Program-made: the position numbers and the translations under genes | Shown: piece by piece, positions 8,673 to 16,699 of the stretch | Layout: each line of letters begins with the position of its first letter | How positions within the stretch are numbered: position 1 is the first letter of the stretch | Notes under the pieces: model-generated | The model's input: the letters and a program-made list of their open reading frames with translations, nothing else | What the model was told of the DNA's origin: nothing | Database searches by the model: none | Source of the DNA: a virus | Taxonomy: Duplodnaviria; Caudoviricetes | Direction: 5' to 3' (one strand) | Virus record (IMG/VR): IMGVR_UViG_3300047476_001619 | Location: 1-26,028 of that record | Length of the DNA: 26,028 nucleotides

Positions 8673-9218
8673 TTATTTATTTTTGAGAATATCGTTCTGT
8701 ATTCTGTCAACTTCAGCAATAACATCAACAACTTCCCAATCATCTGCAATCAAATCCAAATAAATAAGTTTTCCGTAATTAGCAGCATATTTACCAACAC
8801 CCCAATCAGGATGCCAACTTTTACGCCTGATTGTTTTTCCAGCATATAAATCATCTAAAACATCTTTGAATGTTTTACTCTGAACAACCATCCAATCTTC
8901 AGCAAAAAGATCATCAGTTGTGATTGTAGATTCTGCGTGGTCATATTTTTTTGGAAATAATGTAAGACTAGGATTTCCTTCTCTAGTCATCATTTTTCCA
9001 GCTTCAAGCATCTTAACAGCCCAATTGATGTTTCTCTTAAGCTCAATGTTATTTGTCTTCAAGAAATCATCAAAGTTAGACCCAATATGCTTGTTTTCAA
9101 CTGCATAAGGCAAACAATCTTCGCCTGGGTCAATATAATTCAAAGCAGATTTATTTAATTTTGCTTTCTTGATTTCAACATCATAAAAATATTTTTGATT
9201 TTTAGGCAATTTTTCCAT
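8673..9218 (-). CDS. Protein with two DUF2829/Tad2-like repeats
   Basis: Repeat 1: INWAVKMLEAGKMMTR...DDLFAEDWMVV. Repeat 2: TFKDVLDDLYAGKTIRRKSW...DLIADDWEVV. Preceded by NKHIGSNFDDFLK. Confidence 0.65.
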   Translation of the reverse strand: MEKLPKNQKYFYDVEIKKAKLNKSALNYIDPGEDCLPYAVENKHIGSNFDDFLKTNNIELKRNINWAVKMLEAGKMMTREGNPSLTLFPKKYDHAESTITTDDLFAEDWMVVQSKTFKDVLDDLYAGKTIRRKSWHPDWGVGKYAANYGKLIYLDLIADDWEVVDVIAEVDRIQNDILKNK

Positions 9219-9234
9219 ATTACAATAATACCAT

Positions 9235-9273
9235 AAAAAAATGAACTTGTAAGGATTACTTACAAGTTCATTT
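9235..9273 (-). terminator. Intrinsic terminator
   Basis: aaatgaacttgtaag/cttacaagttcattt perfect inverted repeat plus U tract, downstream of the 897 aa gene. Confidence 0.75.
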
Positions 9274-9292
9274 ATATGAGAAAAACTACTTC

Positions 9293-11986
9293 TTAAAACA
9301 ATTTTACATTAGGGAAACTCGTAAGCACTTCAAATCCCATATTGTCCCAGTGTCTTTCATCAGCAAAAGGTCTGAAGTTAATCCAATATGCATTATCAGG
9401 TTGCCAAGTTCTTTGCTCGCCAATCTCATTATATGTGTGATAAATCAAGTGAGTGTAGTTGACATTGATTTCTTCAAATGGGAAATCAACTGGCAATGGA
9501 GAATCAGCAACTAAATATCCATCTTCTGTTACTACAACTCTATTCTTTGAAACATATAAATCAAATTGAACTCTTCTATCTAATCCTTGCCAAGTTCTAT
9601 TCAAAGGAAAATCTCTTCTGTCAACACTTGGTCTGAAGAATATTTCACCCTCATATTTACCAGAAACAGCATTCATAGTGGATCTGTAAATGATTGCACC
9701 AGAACGATTAGAAGAATAAGCATCCATCAATTTGTTCAATGAAGCTTTTGATGTTTCTTTAATCCACCAATGATTAGGATTAAAATCAATGTCATCAATC
9801 ATCTTGAATGTTTCTGGTGTCCATTCATATTCAGCAGCACCACCAAATTCAGCAAATCTAATCCACCCAGATTTAGGAGAATAATTTGATTCTAAATTGA
9901 AAGCTGGGAATTTGTTGCTATCAAAAAACTTGGATGACAATTTTACATTAACATCATTACCATTTTGAACAACAGAATTAGCAACAAATGTACCAACCTT
10001 ATATTCAGTGAGATTGTTAATATTTCTATAAGGAGCTGGGTAAGAATAAATACTACCTCTATCAGCAAACTTTACTGGAACTGAATATGATTTTCTTGAA
10101 CCATCAGCATTATAACCAGTGTCAATGTTAATATTATGATGACCAGCTCCAATTGCCCATCTGAATAACTTTCCAGATTTAGTGTTCATAGCAATTTTAT
10201 CTGCTGCTTTACCAGAATAGACTGTTTCTCCAGCAGGTAATAAAAGAACATCACACCATCTTCTTCCTGAAAAGTGTGGGTCAACTTCAAATGTAACGTG
10301 AAGAACTTTGTCTCCAGCAATATTTGCAGTTTTCTTTGGACTCATCAACATTACACCATTACTTAAGTGAGCCCAACCAGGTCTAGGTAATGAAGCACCA
10401 TCATAAATAGTGTCCATAAAGTGAGAACCCATTAAGAAAACAGTAGAATGGTTAGTGTCAAGATCATCTAAAAAGAAACTCCACTTGTCATTCTCAAACC
10501 ATTTCAAGAATAAATGTGCTTCGTTTTTGTATTGATTGTTAGGGCCAAATCTAAAATCAAATATATCTTGTTTCGTAGGCAATTGAACTATAGGTTGAAA
10601 GTCTCTAAAATTATCAAAGAAAACTTGCTCTCCAGTTAACTTTCTTTGAACTGTAGTAACTTTATATGGATTTGACTTTGCAATTACATTAGGTTCGTTA
10701 GATGGATCTCCGTGACCATTAACTGCTGCGTGAACTTCTCCATTAGGTCCACTAGCTCCAGGTCCAATAATTCCATCTATTTTCTGATAAGGACCCATTT
10801 TGTCAAGTGCTTCAACAATAAGATTATAAGATTGATTTGAAACTAAACCATTCATCTCAACCATATTAAATCCTGAAGAATATTTGACAGTATTTGGATT
10901 ACCTTCTACATAAACTCTATAATCAAGAGCACCAGGAACATAATCAAATTTTACTACAACACTATCATCATTAGGTTCATTTCCAGTAATGTTAATAGGA
11001 GTATCAGATAAATCTTTAGGACCAAACGCTGTAGTAATTTCGACAACAGGGCCTAATGTTTCTTGAACTTTAAATTGATCTCTGTTAACTGAACCTATTT
11101 GATATTTGTAAATCTTGCCTGAAACTACATCAGTATCGATGTAATATTGAGACCATAATCCAGCACAAACTTTTATTCCATCTCTATAGACATTGTACGA
11201 GTTAGGAGCATCTTGACCCCAAACTTGTTGATCTTGCCATTTGATGAAGTTTCTAGGTCTGCCTCTATTCCATTCAGGATTTACAGCATATTTTCCAGGA
11301 GTTGATGGTGGATTTGTTCTCCAGCCAAAATTATAGTTAGGAGCATATTCTCCTCTAGCCATACCTAAATTAGAAGGCAAAGATTCCAAACCATACTTAT
11401 CAACTGCTGTAACTGTATATGTCCAGTGATCTTGGTAAATTAATTTATTTACAGTGAATGAATTTGTATTTGATGAACCAATTTTGTTGTCATATCTATA
11501 AATGTTATAAGATACAGCACCTGGACTTGGTTCCCATTGTAAAACATCAAAAGGACCATTATCCCAGAAACCAAATGTTCTTAAATTTGTTGGTGCTTCT
11601 GGATTCTTCAAAACCAATAATGGAATGACAGCAGTAGATTTATTGGACATTTGAAGATAGCCACTAGGTACAACGCCAGCTACATAATAATCCCATTTTT
11701 GTTGATACTTGACATTTCTATCAATGAACATATTTTCATTGTTAGTCAATTTTACAAAAGGTTTATTGTAATCAGGCTTTACTCCTTGACCTACCTTATA
11801 TACAAAATATCTAGTACATTTGGGTATCAAATCCCAACGCATTTTGACGTGATAATTGCTAGGAGTGCCAACGCAATAGCATAATTCCACTTGCGTTGAA
11901 AAGTTTTTTACTTGTGGTGGTTTTTGAGCCAACGCACAAGAAACTATGGTGTATAAAAACACAAATAAAACAATAGCTTTCTTCAT
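9293..11986 (-). CDS. Large exported protein with signal peptide and fibronectin type III-like repeats
   Basis: Signal peptide MKKAIVLFVFLYTIVSCALA-Q. FN3 patterns P.APTNL...LQWEPSPGAVSYNIYR...YTVTAVDKYGLES.PSN and YNVYRDG...YIDTDV.SG..YKY. Beta-rich C-terminal region. SD ggagg upstream. Confidence 0.8.
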   Translation of the reverse strand: MKKAIVLFVFLYTIVSCALAQKPPQVKNFSTQVELCYCVGTPSNYHVKMRWDLIPKCTRYFVYKVGQGVKPDYNKPFVKLTNNENMFIDRNVKYQQKWDYYVAGVVPSGYLQMSNKSTAVIPLLVLKNPEAPTNLRTFGFWDNGPFDVLQWEPSPGAVSYNIYRYDNKIGSSNTNSFTVNKLIYQDHWTYTVTAVDKYGLESLPSNLGMARGEYAPNYNFGWRTNPPSTPGKYAVNPEWNRGRPRNFIKWQDQQVWGQDAPNSYNVYRDGIKVCAGLWSQYYIDTDVVSGKIYKYQIGSVNRDQFKVQETLGPVVEITTAFGPKDLSDTPINITGNEPNDDSVVVKFDYVPGALDYRVYVEGNPNTVKYSSGFNMVEMNGLVSNQSYNLIVEALDKMGPYQKIDGIIGPGASGPNGEVHAAVNGHGDPSNEPNVIAKSNPYKVTTVQRKLTGEQVFFDNFRDFQPIVQLPTKQDIFDFRFGPNNQYKNEAHLFLKWFENDKWSFFLDDLDTNHSTVFLMGSHFMDTIYDGASLPRPGWAHLSNGVMLMSPKKTANIAGDKVLHVTFEVDPHFSGRRWCDVLLLPAGETVYSGKAADKIAMNTKSGKLFRWAIGAGHHNINIDTGYNADGSRKSYSVPVKFADRGSIYSYPAPYRNINNLTEYKVGTFVANSVVQNGNDVNVKLSSKFFDSNKFPAFNLESNYSPKSGWIRFAEFGGAAEYEWTPETFKMIDDIDFNPNHWWIKETSKASLNKLMDAYSSNRSGAIIYRSTMNAVSGKYEGEIFFRPSVDRRDFPLNRTWQGLDRRVQFDLYVSKNRVVVTEDGYLVADSPLPVDFPFEEINVNYTHLIYHTYNEIGEQRTWQPDNAYWINFRPFADERHWDNMGFEVLTSFPNVKLF

Positions 11987-12057
11987 ATTAATCCCTCCCC
12001 AGGTTTATTTTTTGAGACGAGAGCTATTGTTTTATTCTAGATTTAAGCCACACCTAC

Positions 12058-12291
12058 TTAAAGATTATTGAATCCTACTTCTTCGTAGATTTCCCAAATT
12101 GGCCCACCGTTGTTCAAGACTTCCTGCTGCAATCTAATAAATTCTTCCCAGGAATAATAAAACTCATTTTCATTACTGTCCATAAGTTTTTCATCTTTCC
12201 TGTAAATATAATAATCTTCAGGCCACTTTCTCGAACGAACTTTTAATCCAAGCGCAATCAAAGGACGAATAATTTGACTAAACAGCTTCAC
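12058..12291 (-). CDS. Divergent DUF2829/Tad2-like protein
   Basis: MKLFSQIIRPLIALGLKVRSRKWPEDYYIY...WEIYE; resembles ORF 6226..6474 (RSGWPDGRFLY). Confidence 0.5.
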   Translation of the reverse strand: MKLFSQIIRPLIALGLKVRSRKWPEDYYIYRKDEKLMDSNENEFYYSWEEFIRLQQEVLNNGGPIWEIYEEVGFNNL

Positions 12292-12835
12292 GACATTTCT
12301 CCATAAGATGTTTTAACACTCTTGCAGCATTATAAGAATCCCAATAAGGATCGTGCTTATCTCCCTCAAACTTCATACCTAATTCTGCTAAAGATCTTTG
12401 TAAGCCATTGTTATAAGGCTTTCCAGTCATAATAGAATAAAGCAAAGATATATTTACACACTCATTTGAAAAAGGATATTTGCACTGTTTAGTTCTGCAA
12501 TCATAATAAAGTTTCTCACTATCCTGTCCCCAAGCAGCACAAGGATAAGATTTGCCCTTGAATTTTTCCATTATGCTCTTACACATAAATTCAAAGTCAA
12601 CTCCATTTTCAGCCTGCTCTTTTGTAATACCAGTGATACGAGTGCAATAGTCAGAAACTTCAGTCTTTTCTGGCTTGCAAATCATATGAAATTTATCAAC
12701 AATTTCCAAACTCTTAATATCCAAAATACAAGCCCCGAGACTTATAATTTCTCGAGACTTGTATGCGTTTTCTCTACCTTCCCAACAAGTAGCTTCAAGA
12801 TCAAAAACAATTATTTTGTCACAGTTGAAAATCAC
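12278..12835 (-). CDS. DEDDh 3'-5' exonuclease (ERI-1/KapD-like)
   Basis: ExoI VFDLEATCWE, EIISLG, CTRITGIT, AWG.D and ExoIII HDPYWDS.N.A. Confidence 0.88.
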   Translation of the reverse strand: MIFNCDKIIVFDLEATCWEGRENAYKSREIISLGACILDIKSLEIVDKFHMICKPEKTEVSDYCTRITGITKEQAENGVDFEFMCKSIMEKFKGKSYPCAAWGQDSEKLYYDCRTKQCKYPFSNECVNISLLYSIMTGKPYNNGLQRSLAELGMKFEGDKHDPYWDSYNAARVLKHLMEKCREAV

Positions 12836-13448
12836 TAAACATATGTCCCATCTTTAAATCTACCAACAGTTTATCATAATCAACAGTCTTACCATCCCAG
12901 TATGAATCCCTGAAATTTTGAATGGCATCGTAATATTCTGAACGATCATCAAAAAAGATTATTGCTGGATCTTGACCTAAATCACATAAGACTTTCTGCA
13001 ACAATAATCGCCCAGTTCTACCATTACCATCAATGAAAGGATGAATTGTTTCAAAATAATGATGAACACTTAAAGCAGCATCAAAAGCTACGATTTTGCC
13101 ACTTTCAGCATCTCTCATAATCCTTTTAGAAAATTCAAACCAATCATTCATCAAATTTTCAAGCATATATGGACTAGGGCAAGTTTCGTGACCAATCCAG
13201 ACATCCACAGTTCTATACTTGCCCGAATTTCCACTATCCTCAAAGAAAGGAATACCACGAGTGAGAAATCTATGAACGTCTAAAGGGGTAGAAAGATTCA
13301 TCTCCCAACCTTCAGATAAAACAAAATTTAGGGCTGAAAGATGATTGTCGTACATTTTGCAACCTAAATGATCACCCATATAACCAGGCTGCGGATCAAT
13401 CTTATTACTCTCACAAACAAAAATATGCTTCCAAGATTTAACAAACAT
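12819..13448 (-). CDS. Fic/Doc family protein
   Basis: Canonical Fic motif HPFIDGNGRTGR; G.YR...V.IG upstream. Confidence 0.92.
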   Translation of the reverse strand: MFVKSWKHIFVCESNKIDPQPGYMGDHLGCKMYDNHLSALNFVLSEGWEMNLSTPLDVHRFLTRGIPFFEDSGNSGKYRTVDVWIGHETCPSPYMLENLMNDWFEFSKRIMRDAESGKIVAFDAALSVHHYFETIHPFIDGNGRTGRLLLQKVLCDLGQDPAIIFFDDRSEYYDAIQNFRDSYWDGKTVDYDKLLVDLKMGHMFSDFQL

Positions 13449-13544
13449 TTCTTATTACCTCATTTCTCTTAATATCACAAAGAAGCAAACACAACAATAT
13501 ATCAGAATATTAATAGTATACAAAATTAAAGAAAGGAGATAGAA

Positions 13545-13739
13545 ATGTCAATCTTATCAAGCTTGTTAAAGAAAACTATTGGAACACCTGAAGTCAACCT
13601 TAATAAACTCCCATTCGCAAATAAAATTGTCGGAGATTGGGAAAAGAAAAGTATGGAAGATCTTATTAAACAACTTCCAAAAGAAACAATCAAAAGACTT
13701 ATAGATGTCTGCAATAACGAATTAGAAAAAAGAAGTTGA
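13545..13739 (+). CDS. Hypothetical protein
   Basis: 64 aa with strong SD (aaaggag) upstream. Confidence 0.7.
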   Translation: MSILSSLLKKTIGTPEVNLNKLPFANKIVGDWEKKSMEDLIKQLPKETIKRLIDVCNNELEKRS

Positions 13740-13810
13740 AAGCATTTAGAAGATTAGTAGTTTTCTTATTAATTAGTTTCATCACTTATCTTTTATTGTC
13801 AATGAAATAA
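13736..13810 (+). CDS. Putative 24 aa single-TM micropeptide
   Basis: TTG start overlapping the upstream TGA; MKAFRRLVVFLLISFITYLLLSMK. Confidence 0.35.
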   Translation: MKAFRRLVVFLLISFITYLLLSMK

Positions 13811-13832
13811 AAGATTTATCTGGAGGGAAAGT

Positions 13833-13922
13833 ATGAACGACAGAAACAGAAAACGTGATGCTTTATTTGTTATCCTATATAGCATCATAGGGTATTTATT
13901 AATTCTAATTGCTACAAGATAA
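13833..13922 (+). CDS. Putative 29 aa single-TM micropeptide
   Basis: SD ggaggg; MNDRNRKRDALFVILYSIIGYLLILIATR. Confidence 0.55.
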   Translation: MNDRNRKRDALFVILYSIIGYLLILIATR

Positions 13923-13942
13923 ACTTTAAGTATAATTATCTT

Positions 13943-14698
13943 ATGCACGAATACTTAAATAATGATTGTATCGAATATCTAAAAACATTGCAAGACGAAT
14001 CAGTAGACTTAATTCTCACTGATCCACCATACTTTATTGGTTTTGATGGCGGTAAAGGATGGGACAAACAATGGAATTCTGATCAAGATTATTTAGACTG
14101 GTGCGAAAAATGGTCCAAAGAATGCGCTAGAATACTAAAGCCAAACAAGATGATGTGCGTCTTTGGTACTCTTAAATATAATACTTTTCTTCGATATAGA
14201 TTAGAAGTATTAGACAAACTTCCAAACTTCCATCAACAAAATGAAATTATCTGGTCATACAATTGGGGTGGAAGAAGTAAAACAAACTTTGCTAGAAAAC
14301 ACGAATTTATTTGGTGCTACTCTAAAGAAAAAACATTTACTTTTAATGCTGATCAAGTAAGAACAGAAAGAAAACAAAAAGTCAACATCAGAACAGGAAA
14401 AGAATATGAACAAGGTACCATTCCAACTTGTGTCTGGGAAAAGAATAATCACACAACAAGCAAAGAATACTGTAATTGGCACCCTACACAAAAACCAATC
14501 AGCATATTAGAAAGATTTATTCTCGCATATACCAATCCAGGAGAAACAGTATTAGACTTATTTAATGGCGCTGGATCCACTATGATAGCTTGTGAAAATA
14601 CTGGAAGAATATTTAAAGGATGCGAAATTGATCCTGATTACTATGAACAATCAATTGCAAGATACACAACACTTACTGGAAAAGGATTTAAGATATGA
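13943..14698 (+). CDS. Orphan DNA N6-adenine/N4-cytosine methyltransferase, beta class
   Basis: DLILTDPPY (motif IV) near the N-terminus, HPTQKP, and VLDLFNGAGST (motif I) near the C-terminus. Confidence 0.93.
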   Translation: MHEYLNNDCIEYLKTLQDESVDLILTDPPYFIGFDGGKGWDKQWNSDQDYLDWCEKWSKECARILKPNKMMCVFGTLKYNTFLRYRLEVLDKLPNFHQQNEIIWSYNWGGRSKTNFARKHEFIWCYSKEKTFTFNADQVRTERKQKVNIRTGKEYEQGTIPTCVWEKNNHTTSKEYCNWHPTQKPISILERFILAYTNPGETVLDLFNGAGSTMIACENTGRIFKGCEIDPDYYEQSIARYTTLTGKGFKI

Positions 14699-14799
14699 AA
14701 TTTGAATGGGAAAATAATAAAACAGCATCTACAGCTATCAAAATTGCTGTACTACTTATATTAGTATTAGGAATTGTTCAAGTTTTCTTAATAAAGTAG
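14695..14799 (+). CDS. Putative 34 aa single-TM micropeptide
   Basis: ATGA overlap with the MTase stop; MKFEWENNKTASTAIKIAVLLILVLGIVQVFLIK. Confidence 0.55.
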   Translation: MKFEWENNKTASTAIKIAVLLILVLGIVQVFLIK

Positions 14800-14845
14800 T
14801 TAGGTCAAAATACTAAAAATACGGTAATATATAAATAGAGCATTG

Positions 14846-14877
14846 AAGCCCTATCCAATAAAGGATAGGGCTTTTTT
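14846..14877 (+). terminator. Intrinsic terminator
   Basis: aagccctatcc/ggatagggctt followed by a T tract. Confidence 0.8.
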
Positions 14878-14894
14878 ATTTAGAGGAGGATATT

Positions 14895-15134
14895 ATGAAG
14901 ATTAACTTGGAAAAAATTGGTTTTTATTTAATGCTGGTATTAGTGAGTGGAAGTATTGGATATGCTATTAAGCCAGCTGAAAAAGTTGATGAAAAAGAAT
15001 TGCAACAAAAATACGAAAATCAAACAAGAGTATGTACAGCAGCTATGCATATGATGAATGATTTTTCCAAAAAAAATTACTACAAACCCAAAACCAAAAA
15101 AGAATGGGCAATTGAAAGAATGATGAGCAGATGA
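14895..15134 (+). CDS. Small protein with N-terminal TM or signal segment
   Basis: 79 aa, SD gaggagg, hydrophobic residues about 8-25. Confidence 0.7.
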   Translation: MKINLEKIGFYLMLVLVSGSIGYAIKPAEKVDEKELQQKYENQTRVCTAAMHMMNDFSKKNYYKPKTKKEWAIERMMSR

Positions 15135-15164
15135 CACTACTTGACTTACAAATAAATCTTATCC

Positions 15165-15194
15165 TTGACAATATGAACAATCCTAAGGTAAAAT
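15165..15194 (+). promoter_or_regulatory. Sigma70-type promoter, probably leaderless
   Basis: TTGACA (15165-15170), 18 nt spacer, TAAAAT (15189-15194), ATG at 15201. Confidence 0.65.
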
Positions 15195-15200
15195 AGGATT

Positions 15201-15416
15201 ATGAATACAAAACAATTGAAAGTACTAAGCCTTGTCAGTCTTGTACTAGGCTTCGCTTCAATCATCGCATCTATCGCTATCTGGTATCTCACTGGTGGTA
15301 AAACTCCTGAACTACAAGCACACTCCGAACGATTTGGAATCTTTGTCGGACTCTGGGCTCCTACTTTTATGATTCTTTCCAATAGATTTGATCGATACGC
15401 AGAAAACAAAAAGTAA
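15201..15416 (+). CDS. Small two-TM membrane protein
   Basis: SIIASIAIW...ERFGIFVGLWAPTF, a motif I recall from a bacterial small membrane protein family. Confidence 0.75.
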   Translation: MNTKQLKVLSLVSLVLGFASIIASIAIWYLTGGKTPELQAHSERFGIFVGLWAPTFMILSNRFDRYAENKK

Positions 15417-15419
15417 ATT

Positions 15420-15509
15420 ATGAAAGAACAAAAGAAATTTGTAGACATAATCTTTGGATTAGTCGTAGTAATTGCAGTAACAATTATACTAAAAGTCGCT
15501 TGCGATTGA
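15420..15509 (+). CDS. Putative 29 aa single-TM micropeptide
   Basis: MKEQKKFVDIIFGLVVVIAVTIILKVACD, starting 3 nt after the upstream stop. Confidence 0.5.
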   Translation: MKEQKKFVDIIFGLVVVIAVTIILKVACD

Positions 15510-15538
15510 GAATTTTCTTGGTATAATTGTTTTGATGG

Positions 15539-15819
15539 TCCAACTTAGCTCAGCGGAAGAGCAATCGGCTGTGAAAAGATAGCAGCTTATTAGAGTAATT
15601 TAATATAGAAAATTGTCGAAATTCAGTGAAAACTAAGTCGAAAGATATGTCAACACTGAGCCAAGCCTGAAAAGGAAGGTGCAGAGACTATAATGACGAC
15701 ATCCTACTAGGTAATGCTAAGGATGATGGTATAGTCCAGACTACAAACAGTTTATCTGGTAGTGAAAACTATAGTAGTAAGTAACCGATCGGTCGCTGGT
15801 TCGATCCCAGCAGTTGGAG
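15539..15819 (+). tRNA. trnN: tRNA-Asn(GUU), split by a group I intron (exons 15539-15572 and 15782-15819)
   Basis: Joined exons fold as acceptor TCCAACT/AGTTGGA, D arm GCTC/GAGC, anticodon stem ATCGG/CCGAT with loop CT-GT^T-AA, T arm GCTGG-TTCGATC-CCAGC, discriminator G. No encoded CCA. Confidence 0.93.
15573..15781 (+). ncRNA. Group I intron, 209 nt, ORF-less
   Basis: 5' exon ends in U. P1 ggctgt/gcagct has a U-G pair at the splice site. P AAATTCAGTGAAA, Q AACACTGAGC, R GTGCAGAGACTA, S GGTATAGTCC, terminal G. Confidence 0.92.
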
Positions 15820-15822
15820 TGT

Positions 15823-15849
15823 AAAGCCCTCGAATAAATGAGGGCTTTT
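15823..15849 (+). terminator. Intrinsic terminator after tRNA-Asn
   Basis: aaagccctc/gagggcttt followed by T. Confidence 0.65.
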
Positions 15850-15860
15850 AGTTTGAATTT

Positions 15861-15934
15861 GGCCTGTTAGTCGAGTGGTTTAAGATGCGTCCCTTTCACG
15901 GATGAGATCAGGGGTTCGATCCCCCTACAGGCTA
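15861..15934 (+). tRNA. trnE: tRNA-Glu(UUC)
   Basis: Acceptor GGCCTGT/ACAGGCT, anticodon arm CGTCC-CTTTCAC-GGATG, T arm AGGGG-TTCGATC-CCCCT. Confidence 0.93.
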
Positions 15935-15966
15935 TAAATTGTGGTATAATTAGTATGTAAGTTTGT

Positions 15967-16037
15967 TCCCCGGTCGTCTAACGGAAGGACCCGAGTTTTT
16001 GGAGCTTGTTATCGTAGTTCGAGTCTACGCTGGGGAA
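15967..16037 (+). tRNA. trnQ: tRNA-Gln(UUG)
   Basis: Acceptor TCCCCGG/CTGGGGA, anticodon arm CGAGT-TTTTGGA-GCTTG (two G-U pairs), T arm CGTAG-TTCGAGT-CTACG. TGGTATAAT upstream. Confidence 0.85.
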
Positions 16038-16041
16038 TTTT

Positions 16042-16114
16042 GCCAGATTAGTTCATCGGCTAGAACGACGGTTTTGTAAACCGTATGTGGCGGGTTCAAT
16101 TCCTGCATCTGGCT
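16042..16114 (+). tRNA. trnT: tRNA-Thr(UGU)
   Basis: Acceptor GCCAGAT/ATCTGGC, anticodon arm ACGGT-TTTGTAA-ACCGT, T arm GCGGG-TTCAATT-CCTGC. Confidence 0.92.
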
Positions 16115-16115
16115 T

Positions 16116-16148
16116 AAAACCTACCTTTAGTTCAAAGGTAGGTTTTTT
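16116..16148 (+). terminator. Intrinsic terminator after the tRNA cluster
   Basis: aaaacctaccttt/aaaggtaggtttt followed by TT. Confidence 0.8.
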
Positions 16149-16164
16149 GTTGTACAAGTGAACT

Positions 16165-16653
16165 ATGGATAAAACTAATTTAGAAAATTATATTTCACTT
16201 AATTATTCAACTCGCAAAATTGCACAACTAGAAAATAAAAGCCAAACAACAATTCGTCATTGGTTAAAGAAGTACGAACTCAAAACGAACTTAAACACTT
16301 TTGAACTTAACGAATATAAATGCAAGTGTGGCGAAACTAATCCAGAAAAATTTTATGGACACAAAAAATCAGTTTGTGCAGATTGTCATAACGAATATGT
16401 TTTAGGATCTGGAAAAAATAAAAAACAAAAGGCTAGACAGTATCTTGGTGGCTGCTGTAAAATTTGTGGTTTTGATAAGTATCCTTGCTCATTAGACATA
16501 CATCATTTAGATCCAACAGTCAAAGATAATAATTTCAAGTCTATGAGAGGCTGGTCTTGGGAAAGAATTTTACAAGAAATTGAAACTTGTGTTTTATTAT
16601 GCAAAAATTGTCACGCTGCAGTTCATTCTGGTTTAGTTGAAATACCAGAATAA
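16165..16653 (+). CDS. Free-standing HNH endonuclease with N-terminal HTH and zinc-binding motifs
   Basis: HTH-like STRKIAQLENKSQTTIRHWLKKY; CKC...CADC; CKICG...LDIHHLDP..K...CVLLCKNCHAAVH. Confidence 0.88.
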   Translation: MDKTNLENYISLNYSTRKIAQLENKSQTTIRHWLKKYELKTNLNTFELNEYKCKCGETNPEKFYGHKKSVCADCHNEYVLGSGKNKKQKARQYLGGCCKICGFDKYPCSLDIHHLDPTVKDNNFKSMRGWSWERILQEIETCVLLCKNCHAAVHSGLVEIPE

Positions 16654-16699
16654 TATTTTATGGTATACTGTGTTAGATAAATCTTTAAAGGATAAAATT

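Noticed and set aside
13943-16653. MTase plus HNH as a restriction-modification pair
   Set aside because: They are about 1.5 kb apart and separated by terminators and tRNAs. The HNH architecture fits a homing-type enzyme, and orphan MTases are common in phages.
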